The translations under genes were made by a program, and so were the position numbers. The notes under the pieces are model-generated. The model had not been told where the DNA came from. It searched no databases and was given only the letters and a program-made list of their open reading frames with translations. A stretch of 28,335 nucleotides of DNA, from assembly GCF_006345805.1 (NCBI RefSeq), contig NW_021833493.1, positions 1 to 28,335 on the forward strand. The letters run 5' to 3'. Shown here one piece after another: positions 10,433-21,085 of this stretch. This DNA is from Octopus sinensis (taxonomy: Eukaryota). Position 1 is the stretch's first letter; each line of letters opens with the position of its first letter.

Positions 10433-10880
10433 GGCGCAGACAGTGGCTGTGTGGTAGTAGCTTGTTTACCAACACATGGTTCCGGGTTCAGTCCCACTGC
10501 GTGCACCTTGGGCAAGTGTCTTCTACTATAGCCTCGGGGCGACCAAAGCCTTGTGAATGGATTTGGTAGACGGAAACGGAAAGAATCCCGTCGTATATAT
10601 ATTATATATTATATATATATATATATAGAGATATATAATATATATAATATATATTGTATATATGTGTGCATGTATGTATGTGTGTCTGTGTTCGTCCCCC
10701 TAGCATTGCTTGATAATCGATGTGGGTGTTTATGTCCCCGTCACTTAGCGGTTCGGCAAGAAGAGACTGATAGAATAAAGTACTGGGCTTACAAAGAATA
10801 CGTCCCGGGGGTCGAGTTGCTCGATGAAAAGGCGGTGCTGCCAGCATGGCCGCAGTCAAATGACTGAAACAAGTAAAAGA
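10433..10880 (+). mobile_element. SINE family A, full-length (tRNA head, CORE-like segment, internal microsatellite, 3' domain)
   Basis: The head has A-box-like TGGCTGTGTGG and B-box-like GGTTCAGTCCC. CCTTGGGCAAGTGTCTT resembles the start of the CORE domain as I recall it. The element ends GACTGAAACAAGTAAAAGA. Confidence 0.9.
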
Positions 10881-10886
10881 CATGTG

Positions 10887-10929
<43 letters not shown>

Positions 10930-10997
10930 TATGTCAACATGTGCCTCAGTGTGCGTGCGTAGGTGCGTCTTAGAAGAACAGACGTCGGACATTTTGC

Positions 10998-11012
10998 GAC
11001 GACGACGACGAC

Positions 11013-11045
<33 letters not shown>

Positions 11046-11064
11046 AATGATGATGATAATGATG
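10998..11064. repeat. (GAC)n(GAT)n trinucleotide microsatellite
   Basis: Seen directly in the sequence. Confidence 0.95.
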
Positions 11065-11199
11065 ACGAAGTCGACATTGAAGAGAGATGTAGATTGGAAA
11101 CGGATATGGATGAGAAGGACTGTGAACGATGGTGCGAATGAAATAATTTTGACAAGAAAAATGACGATTTGGTGAGAGCAGAGAAGCAAACAGACAGAT

Positions 11200-11210
11200 A
11201 GACAGAGAGG

Positions 11211-11294
<84 letters not shown>

Positions 11295-11318
11295 GATAGA
11301 CAGACAGACAGATAGATA

Positions 11319-11374
<56 letters not shown>

Positions 11375-11454
11375 TAGATAGCTCGATACATAATACATAC
11401 ATATTTACATACATACATCCATAATCTATAATAGATAGTAAGATAGATAGATAC

Positions 11455-11487
<33 letters not shown>

Positions 11488-11516
11488 CTAGATAGATAGA
11501 TAGACAGACAGAAGAT

Positions 11517-11558
<42 letters not shown>

Positions 11559-11605
11559 CGATAGATAGATAGATAGATAGATAGATAGCATAGATCGATA
11601 GATAA
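11200..11605. repeat. Long imperfect (TAGA)n microsatellite
   Basis: Seen directly; it generates the spurious LSIY-repeat ORFs. Confidence 0.95.
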
Positions 11606-12390
11606 GGGAGAATTATGTTCAAGATATGAAAGAGACTACAGTTTAAGCGATAAAGATTGAGGGAGATGAAATGAAAGGAGACATATTTTTAAAATATGTA
11701 GACATAAATATATGCAAAATTTCAGGTGGTGAAAGAAAAGGTAAAGCAGGAAAAATGCAATTGTGATGGCGAGATGGATGAGATGATGTCTCTTATTTTT
11801 AATTAGATTTTGATGAGGATAATGTAGAAAATTTCAAGAGTGAAAAATTCTGCCATCAATTCCATTAACATTTAAAATGAGGATTTCAACCAATTATATT
11901 ATATGAAGTATTTTTGTAGATTCTTTTACTAATTTGTATATATTCACTCTCCCCACATCACCCCGTTCTCTCCCTCCGCATCTTCCTGGATGCATGTGAA
12001 CAGATCTACTTTGATATGTATTTATATATATGCGCACGCGTGTATATGTATGTGTGTGTGTTAGTATGTATGTGTGTGTGTAAATAGGTGTGTGTCGAGA
12101 GAGAAAGAATGGAGGGTTTTAAAGAAATACGTAGATTCATATAAAAGTAAATTCCGAGATAGATATGTAGACAGATATGATCCGACATATAAAGAGGAAT
12201 ATGTATTTAAAACTGTCTCTACATAATAGTAATGAATATATGTATTCGTACATATAAATACATACACAGACATATACAGAGACAGATAGATAATTTGATA
12301 GAACATGGATACATACGTGCAGATAAGTCTACATATCTCTACATACTTTCTATCTGTCTATCTATCTATATGTATATATATTATATATAT

Positions 12391-12423
<33 letters not shown>

Positions 12424-12464
12424 ATGTCCATTATATATATATAATATATAATATATATATATAT

Positions 12465-12502
<38 letters not shown>

Positions 12503-13568
12503 TATATGATATATATGCTTATATATATATACACATATGCCTATATTTGTATATATATATATATATGTGATACATAGATGCATATATGGTATAAATATAT
12601 GTATAAATGTATATAAAATATTTTTATATATATATATATATTCATATACATATAAATATGTGTGAGGCTGAGTGTATGTATGTACAAGTTTAAAATAATG
12701 CATATATTGTCAATATGTCAATATATAATATTTCTTTTGTTTCATTTAGTTGTCATTTAAAAGAAGAATATTTTATATTTTAAATATACTTTCTCAATAT
12801 TCGTTTACTTTTCCTTGTTTTTCCCTGTGTAAAATCTTTCGCACGATGACATATATCGTCCATGAATCATTGTTGAGTCATATCAATAGCAGAAACACCA
12901 ACGTTTCCTTATGTCGAGGTGGGGCAACAAGACAAGGGTGGAGTAGAAAGATATTTCTCTCCTTTACCTTCCTCTTCTTTCACTATCTATTTTCTTTTTT
13001 CTTTATTTTTCAAACAAAATTTTTAAAAGACAACCCCTACCTACCCTCGTTAAATAAAAGAACAAAAGGCGAAAACAGAAGAAACAATAAGAAAAGAAGA
13101 AAAAAAACAGGTTGGACAGAGGAAGGAAAGTGATAAAATATCATAAATGTAAACAAAATAAAAGGAAATAAATACAGAAAAATCGGAAGGCAAAAGCAAT
13201 AATACACAAACAAACAAACAAACACCTCCTAACAAAACCAAAAATCAACCCAGAAGTGCAAAATGCTAACGAAATTTCTTTCTAATGTCTTTCAAGAGCT
13301 GACGGCTATCATTAAATTTATTTGCATTCTGCACTTCAAGTCCAATGTGTTTTTAACGTTCTTCCCAATATGGTTTTCAGATATTCGGTTTGGATCGTGG
13401 TTGTATTTTTTGTTATTGTAATTTTGTTGTTGTTGTTATTGTTATTATTGATGTTACTGTTGCTGTTGTTCTTGTCATCTTCGTCATTGTCATTGCTGTT
13501 CTTTTCACTGTTGTTGCAGTGGCGCCAAAGTGCTTTTCATAGTTGAATTTAATACATATCTCTGTGTA

Positions 13569-13600
<32 letters not shown>

Positions 13601-13894
13601 ATGTCTGTGTGCGTCCGTGTGAGTATGTGAGTCTGTCTGTGTGACTACGTGTACACAGTCACTCGTACACATACACACAAAATTATATAATATACCTGTG
13701 TGTGTGAATGTGCTTATATGATATATATATATATATATATTGATGCATTTACACACACATATATATATATTTATAAATAAATATATATTATACATATATA
13801 TATATGTAATATATATATAGAGAGAGAGAGACAGAGAGAAGGAGATTATATATACACATAATTAAATGTGCATATACATACACAGTGATACATA

Positions 13895-13930
<36 letters not shown>

Positions 13931-14928
13931 GTGTGTGTGTGCGTGCGTGTGCGTGCGTGTGTTTCAATCGTGTGTGTCACAATTTTTTGTTTTTAGGTGT
14001 CAAAAAGATATGTTCTTCAGAAAAGGAAGAAAGAAAAGACAATAGCGTATGGTTCATGACCCATTTTCTTTTCCTTTCTGGAGGGTTTTAGAATAACCAT
14101 AAAGTAGTTTCGTTTGATTTAACCTGCGGGTGGGAAGATTTGGAAATGCGTTAACATTCTTTGTTTTAAGGAACGGCTGTCTCTTGTCCTTTGGATCAAG
14201 GAATACGTTGCCCTAAAATATATTCCTTTTTTTTATGTCTTAAGTAATAACGATTTCTCAGATTAACACACTGTGACATATTTGAAAGGCACGAAATACA
14301 ACCCATTAAATCGACCTTAGTGTATAATTTCTTATTGACCCTAGAGGGATATATCATCACTGTCAACTCCAGTGAGATTAGAACTACGAAATTAGATACG
14401 TAAGGCATATTGGTACAATCTGGTGCGTTTATATTTCCACTCCTCCAGTGCCTTCAAATATTGACCCTATGTACGCTTATTAATAGATACAAATCTGTGG
14501 ACATTTTAGTCCAGCTGTGTAGTGGATTAGAATGACTATGTTATTTGACTGGTGTTTAATTCTGACCAATCGTTCAAATACATTGGCGCGGAACTTGCTA
14601 GAAATATCAGGCAAACCTCTCTCAAATTACACACAAATAAGCTTAAAAGCGAATAGTCTATTGCTCTGCAGCTTCAGTTACTCCCGTTACATTAGCGCAC
14701 TCAGTTACCGTTTGCAATGTTTAATGATTTGCAGCTGGTCCAGTGGTCAGACCGATGGACTATGGTCTGCACTGACGTAAAGTCCATTCTTGCCTAAATG
14801 CGTTGCTTTAACAGCAGAAGAAAGACACTCCAGTGTCCGGTCGAACTACACGTCAACATATATCATCTGGCTATGATGCAACACACTACAAGCAACAAGT
14901 TATCCACCTTATATATATACATACTTAT

Positions 14929-15193
14929 CTCTTTTAGTCTTTTTCTCTTTTATTTGTTTCAATCATTTGGCTGCGGCCATGCTGGAGCAACGCCTTTAGT
15001 CGGGCAGATCGATCCCAGGACATATTCTTTGTAAGCCTAGTACTTATTCTATCGGTCTCTTTTGCCGAACCGCTAAGTTACGGGGACGTAAACACACCAG
15101 CATCAGTTGTCATGCAATGCTGGGGGGACAAGCACAGACACACAAACAAATCCACACACAGATACACACACATACACAAACACACACACACAT

Positions 15194-15224
<31 letters not shown>

Positions 15225-15385
15225 CGACGGGCTTCTATCAGTTTCCATCTACAAAATCCACTCACAAGGCTTTGGTCGGCCCGAGGCTATAGTAGAAGAC
15301 ACTTGCTCAAGGTGCCACGCAGTGAGACTGAACCCGGAACCATGTGGCTGGTTAGCAAGATACTTACCACACAGCTACCCCTACG
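14929..15385 (-). mobile_element. SINE family A, full-length
   Basis: Reverse complement of the 10433 and 22997 copies over the head, core, microsatellite and 3' domain. Confidence 0.9.
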
Positions 15386-15419
15386 TATATATACACATAT
15401 ATACACACAGACACACATA

Positions 15420-15600
15420 GTTGAAATTTACAAAAAAAAAACAAACAAAACAAAAGACAAGACTGGTGTGTAAACAACAAACAGATGTATTAGTTTAACG
15501 CACGGGAATTGAGAAAGTCTTTTACGTTTCGAGCCTGTGCCCTTCAACAGAAAGGAACACAGAAATATACAGAGAGAAAATTAAAAAAAGGTTTAGTGGC
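15420..15600 (-). mobile_element. Diverged solo copy of the PLE 3' terminal module
   Basis: Aligns loosely with 4540-4700 (CAAAAGAC..GGTG..ACAAAC..TGTATTAGT..AAGTCT.TTACGTTTCGAGCCT..CTTC.ACAGAAAG..ACACAG). Confidence 0.7.
15518..15555 (-). ncRNA. Hammerhead-like motif (copy 3)
   Basis: CCUUU / CUGUUGAA / GGGC-ACAG-GCUC / GAA / ACGU / A / AAAGA. Confidence 0.55.
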
Positions 15601-16342
15601 TAGCGGCAGATTTTTCTAAAGAAAAGATGTAACTATAAACTTGAAAGAAAAAGAGAGCTAGTCACTGAAGAGGTCTCAGTTTGTGTGACGAATGATTTCC
15701 TAGAAATAAGCAATAACTAGTAATGAAATAATACAGTTAAATTGAAGATCAAATAAATAGTGTGTGTGTTTATTGACAAAATGACATTCACCAATATGAC
15801 AGTGTGTGTATGTGTGTGTGTTTTTTACCATTATCATCATTATCATCATCATCACCATCCTCATCATCATCATCATTATCAATAACTACAATAACAACGT
15901 CAGCTTTTATAGTCATATGACATTTGAGACCAATTTCGTGTTATTTCCGAAGGTGGTTTAACCGAGGAAATAACACGTTTTATCAATAATATGAGACTAA
16001 TATAGGAATCGAAACTGTGCCATAATCCTCGGCTACAGAGGTTATTACATTTTAGTACAGCAAATAATGTGTAAATATGTATGTGTATGTTTACGCGAGT
16101 GGGGGTTTGGGTGTTACTGACTGCAGGTAAGTTCTAGTGAGCAGATGCTTTCTTGTATGTGAGTGTAAATTTATATGCGTACACATATCGACTTCTCTGA
16201 CTGTCTCTCTCGTTTTCCCTCTCTCTATCTTTTTCTCTCTGCCTCTACAGATATATAAATATGTATAAATATATATATATATAATATATATATATATATA
16301 ATATATATATTATATATATATACATACAATATACAATATACA

Positions 16343-16393
<51 letters not shown>

Positions 16394-16982
16394 ATATATA
16401 TATGTATGTATGTATGTATGTATGACTGTTTGCGTGGTTGTGAGTTTGTGCTTGTGTATAGGTAGATTGAAGAGTAATTATGTATGTGAGCCTGTATGTG
16501 TATAACTATATTCACCTATGTTGCACCCACACACACCACACACACACACACACATATATATATATTATATTTATTATTTATTTATATATAATTATATATA
16601 TATATAATTATATATATATACTTATTTATTTATTTATTTATTTATATATATTTATATAAATATATACATATATATATATACACATGTATATATATATTTA
16701 TATACATACGTATAGACATACATAAATACTTATATATGCGAGGTGTATAGATATGCATGCATTTAGACATATATATGCATTCATCCATGCATACAGAAAG
16801 ATAGTACACACACACACACACATACCACACACACACAAACAGACAGACAAACATATGTATAAAATTAAGAACAGAAGCAGGCACACAAATACATAGAAAG
16901 TCTTTTATATAGAATTTATAAAAGTGACAGCAATTTCAGGGAAAAAATGTTTATCAATTTTTGTTTATGCTGTTTTTTGTTA

Positions 16983-17022
<40 letters not shown>

Positions 17023-17504
17023 TTTTGGCGGCAGAACGCAGCGGGCTTGATGTTGGCGGAGAGGGTATTTTTCATATCAATAACAAAATTTACCGGAAGT
17101 GAAAAAACACAATGAAATTTAGCAGAAATGAAAACACACGCGCGCACAAGAAACACTAACAAAGAGAAAGTGACTCAAGGAAAAAAAAGAGTGTGAACGT
17201 GACTAAAGCGTAAAGATATAAATAAAATATTCTTTTCTTCCTTCCTTTCTTTCTGTCCCCTTCTTCCTTTCTCTCTTTCCACATATTTTTCTCTATTTCT
17301 TTGCTTTATCTCGTTCTTTCTTGTATCTCTTGTTCTGAAAGTCAAGTAATTTAATAAAAATCGTTCTGTCTCAAAAATGTTAATTTAGTTTATCTTCGCC
17401 AATAATTGATGTAAAGTGCAATATCAGGAATGGTACAGCTATGTCATTCTATGTGTATTTTATTTTATTTCCAGGTTTGTCATTATTTTTATCGATATTA
17501 AGAG

Positions 17505-18590
17505 CGGGTAAGGTGGCTAGCTAGCAGAAACGTTAGCACGCTGGGCGTCTGTCGTTACGTTCTGAGTTCAAATTCAGGCGAGGTTGACTATGCATCTCAT
17601 CATTCCGGGGTCGATAATTTAAGTACCTGTTACGCACTGAGGTCGATGTAATCGACTTGGTCCCTTTGTCTGTCCTTGTTTGTCCCCTCTATGTTTAGCC
17701 CCTTGTGGACAATAAAGAAATGAGAAACGTTAGCACGCCGGGCGAAATGCGTAGCCGTATTTCATCTGCCGTTACGTTCTGAGTTCAAATTCTGCCGAGG
17801 TGGACTTTGCCTTTCATCCTTTCGGGGTCGATAAATGAAGTACCAGTTACGTACTGGGGTCGATATAATCGACTTCATCTGTTTGTCTGTCCTTGTTTGT
17901 CCTCTCTGTGCTTAGCCCCTTGTGGGTACTAAAGTTATAGGTATTTCGTCTGCCGTTACGTTCTGAGTTCAAATTCCGCCGAGGTCGACTTTGCCTTTCA
18001 TCCTTTCGGGGTCGATGAATTAAGTACCATTTGCGTACTAAGTTTGATCTAATCGACTGGCCCCTCTGCCAAAATTTTGGGCTTGTATCTAGAGTAGAAA
18101 ATAATCGTTAGCGCGCCGGACAAACTGCTTAGCGGTATTTCGTCTGTCTTTATGTTGTGAGTTCAAATTCTGCCGAGGTTGACTTTGCTTTTCATCGTTC
18201 CGAGGTCGAAAGAATAAGTACCAGTCGTGCATTGGAGTCAATGTAATCGACTAATCCACTCCCCCAAAATTGCAGGCTCTGTGCCTGAATTAGAATGGAA
18301 TATAAAGCGCGCGTAAGGCGGTGAGCTGGCGGAATCATAAGCACCCCGGGATAAATGCTTAGCGGCATTTCGTCCGTTTTTAGGTTCTAAGTTCAAATTC
18401 TGCCAAGGTCTACTTTAATAGCGACGCGTTCATGGTTCATAAAATAAGCACCAGTTGAGTACTGGGGTCTATGTAATCTACTTACACCCTCTCCCTAAGT
18501 AATTGGTCTTGTGCCAAAATTTGAAACCAATGTTGAGAGCGGGCGGTGAACTGGCAGAATATATGCTTCACGGCATTTCGTCCATGATTT
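17505..18590 (+). mobile_element. Head-to-tail cluster of about six SINE family B copies or fragments
   Basis: GAGTTCAAATT-type B-box and body recur near 17564, 17781, 17967, 18160 and 18390 (AAGTTCAAATT), with a final head fragment near 18540. Two different tails are used. Confidence 0.9.
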
Positions 18591-18789
18591 TGGTGATAGT
18601 GGTGGGGGATTAGATCGTCTTCCGCTCTGATTAAAATTACCTCCTGGGTTCATTTCATATTTCATCATTCTGAGGACAATAAAATCAAGTAGTGGTGTCA
18701 GTTTAATGGTCCGCTCCCTCAATCCATTGGAAACAAAAAACTTTAAGACGTTGTTCTAATTTTAGCAAACATGTTTTATCTATATTCTT

Positions 18790-18953
18790 TTTCACTTCTA
18801 GGCATATGGCCGGAAGTTCTGGGAGAGGGGCCATTTGATTAGATCGACCCCAGTGCGCAACTGGTACTTAATTTATCGACCCCGAAGGATTAAAGGCAAA
18901 GTCGAAATACCGCTAAGCATTTCGCTAAGCATTTCGCCCGGCGTGCAAACGTT
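18790..18953 (-). mobile_element. SINE family B with internal deletion
   Basis: ATCGACCCCAGTGCGCAACTGGTACTTAATTTATCGACCCCGAAGG.. joins directly to head sequence; there is a 12-bp internal duplication of CGCTAAGCATTT. Confidence 0.85.
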
Positions 18954-20094
18954 ACCACAATACATAGTGTAAATAATATTTACTATATTCACACATGTGA
19001 GCGTGTTAGTTTCTCTATGTATGAATACATATAAGGAGAATGAATATTTAAGTTACTTAGCTTCTAACGTGTTTCTGGAACGAAACAAAACACCTTTTGT
19101 TGGTCTCACTCTTATAATAAACATTTCTTTCACTCAGTATTAATCTTTTATCTTTTATTTGCTTCATCTATATTGCTTACTATGATTTTGATGGTCTTAC
19201 ATGAGTATGCACTCCCTTTAGCTAAAGTGGCTGCTGCATATATTATTTCATTTAATATGGTGATATTTATGTTCGCGATTTTGTAAATGACAGGTTTATG
19301 TTTTTATAGCTGTTGCTATTTTATCTTTGATAACATAACTTGGAAGGTGATGTCATTGGAGATATTGGAATTTTTTTTCAATTTCATTCTTTAATTCTTC
19401 CTACATACATACTTTCCTGTTCCTGATACACGTTTAGAAAATCCTGTTTTAAAGTCTTCTGCACATTCTCATTTATTTTTGTCTTTAGTTCTATTGTTAG
19501 GGATATTCGTGTTGTTATAGTAGTCTTTGAAGGCGGGTGATCTAGTTTTTAGGTGGTCGTGATCACGACAGTAATATCCCAAACTGTGCTAGGAGTTTTG
19601 TACTTGATCAACACACTTCATTTCACGTTATCCAGTCCACTCAACTGTATATCAGTTCCAGCAATAGCTGGAGAGATTATCTTGCGAGAAGTTGGCGTCC
19701 CGTCCAAGGATTCAGCAGGATCAACGGATTCAATCACTTTTACGATCTTATAGTTTGCATTATAAATTAATTAATTTTAGAGCGATGAAGTGCGTGACGT
19801 TGATTTGTGAAAGAAACGGGATATTTTCGAGGTGCATGTACTAACTGGCGGGGCTTAATTTAAGTTTGATAGAGTCTACTTACATATATGCATACACATA
19901 CACTTTTCCTTATTTCATCATTACCACAATACATATTAGTATAAATACACTCTACTATATACACACATATGTGCATGTGAGTATCTTTGTGTATGCATAA
20001 ATATAGAGAGAATGAATGTTTGTTACATAGCCGCTATTGTGTTTTGGGAACGAAACAAACCACCTTATAGTAAGCAGTCCTCTCAATCGGTATT

Positions 20095-20400
20095 AATACT
20101 TTTATCGTTTATCTTTTACTTGTCTTAATCATTAGTCTGTGGTCATGCAGGGGCACCACCTTCAAGAAGTTCTAGTTGAATGAATCGACCACTGTATTCC
20201 CTTTTTGTTAAGCTTGGTTCTTATTCCACCGGCCGCTTTTGCCGAACTGTTAATTTACGGTTACGTAAATACCCCAACATAGATTTTCAAGCGATGGGGA
20301 AGGTGGAAAAAACAGACAGATAAACACACGCACACGTGCACACACACACACACAGACAAACACACACACACACACACACACACACCACACACACTTACAC
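20095..20400 (-). mobile_element. SINE family A, diverged 3' domain plus internal microsatellite
   Basis: CTTTTACTTGTCTTAATCATTAG..GTAAGCTTGGTTCTTATTC..TTTGCCGAAC..TCAAGCGATG followed by (CA)n. Confidence 0.75.
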
Positions 20401-20874
20401 ACACTTACACATTCATATATATATATATAGAAAATTAATTCTATATATAACAGATTAATTCCGAAATTGATACAATATAGAAATAACGAACTTTAAAAAA
20501 AAAATTCTGTTGGCTAGCTTTCCTCGATTTCAGCACAACGTACTTCTGTAGTGGGTATTGACGATTTAAATGTCTGTTATCAGCATATTGGCATAGAATT
20601 AATTTTCTTTTGCCCTTGTTTATAAGTTGTTTATAATTTTAACCTTTAAAGATATTTTGATGTGCTGCGACTTTTTTCATGGAATTTTTTTTCTGTAAAA
20701 ATACTTCATCCTATATTAGTGGTAGATTTATTACTATTCGCTATAGGGACTGGTAATCACTTTAAGCTGTGGTGGAGAACGGTTCACACGTGTGCTGAGG
20801 CTAACCAAAGGATTTTATATTTAGATATATCTGGGGTACTTATATTATTTTCTTATGTCCTTGCTTATAAGTTG

Positions 20875-20919
<45 letters not shown>

Positions 20920-20967
20920 ATATATATATAGTATATCTATATATATATAATATATATATATATATAA

Positions 20968-21085
20968 GATGGGTTCCTTTTTGTTTCCCTCAAGAAAATC
21001 CACTCATAAGGCTTTGGTCCCGTGGCTATAGCAGAAGATACCTGCGCAAGGTGCCACGCAGTGGGACTGAACCCGGCTACACATA
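20968..21085 (-). mobile_element. SINE family A core and B-box fragment
   Basis: AATCCACTCATAAGGCTTTGGTC..CAAGGTGCCACGCAGTGGGACTGAACCCGG matches 15256-15338. Confidence 0.85.

Noticed and set aside
10980-11142. Acidic peptide (poly-Asp..EVDIEERCRLETDMDEKDCERWCE*)
   Set aside because: It is driven by the (GAY)n microsatellite and a purine-rich flank, with no start, splice support or recognisable domain.
10602-11591. 329-aa ORF and other LSIY, THTH, VCVC and YIYI ORFs
   Set aside because: These are translations of (TAGA)n, (CA)n and (TA)n microsatellites, which lack stops in some frames.
14720-14800. Peptide DLQLVQWSDRWTMV resembling a CR1-type RT segment
   Set aside because: The similarity is only a few residues, and the flanking frames show no other RT motifs.
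15660-15710. CUGAAGA..GAA hammerhead-like string
   Set aside because: No stem I complement and no A15.1-U16.1 pair.
15937-15977. 12-bp perfect inverted repeat CGTGTTATTTCC/GGAAATAACACG
   Set aside because: It is isolated and lies in what looks like a decayed SINE region (B-box-like GGAATCGAAAC nearby); there is no evidence of function.
17505-18590. CRISPR-like or satellite array
   Set aside because: The units are long, unequal, diverged SINE copies with Pol III boxes, not short identical repeats with unique spacers; the DNA is eukaryotic.
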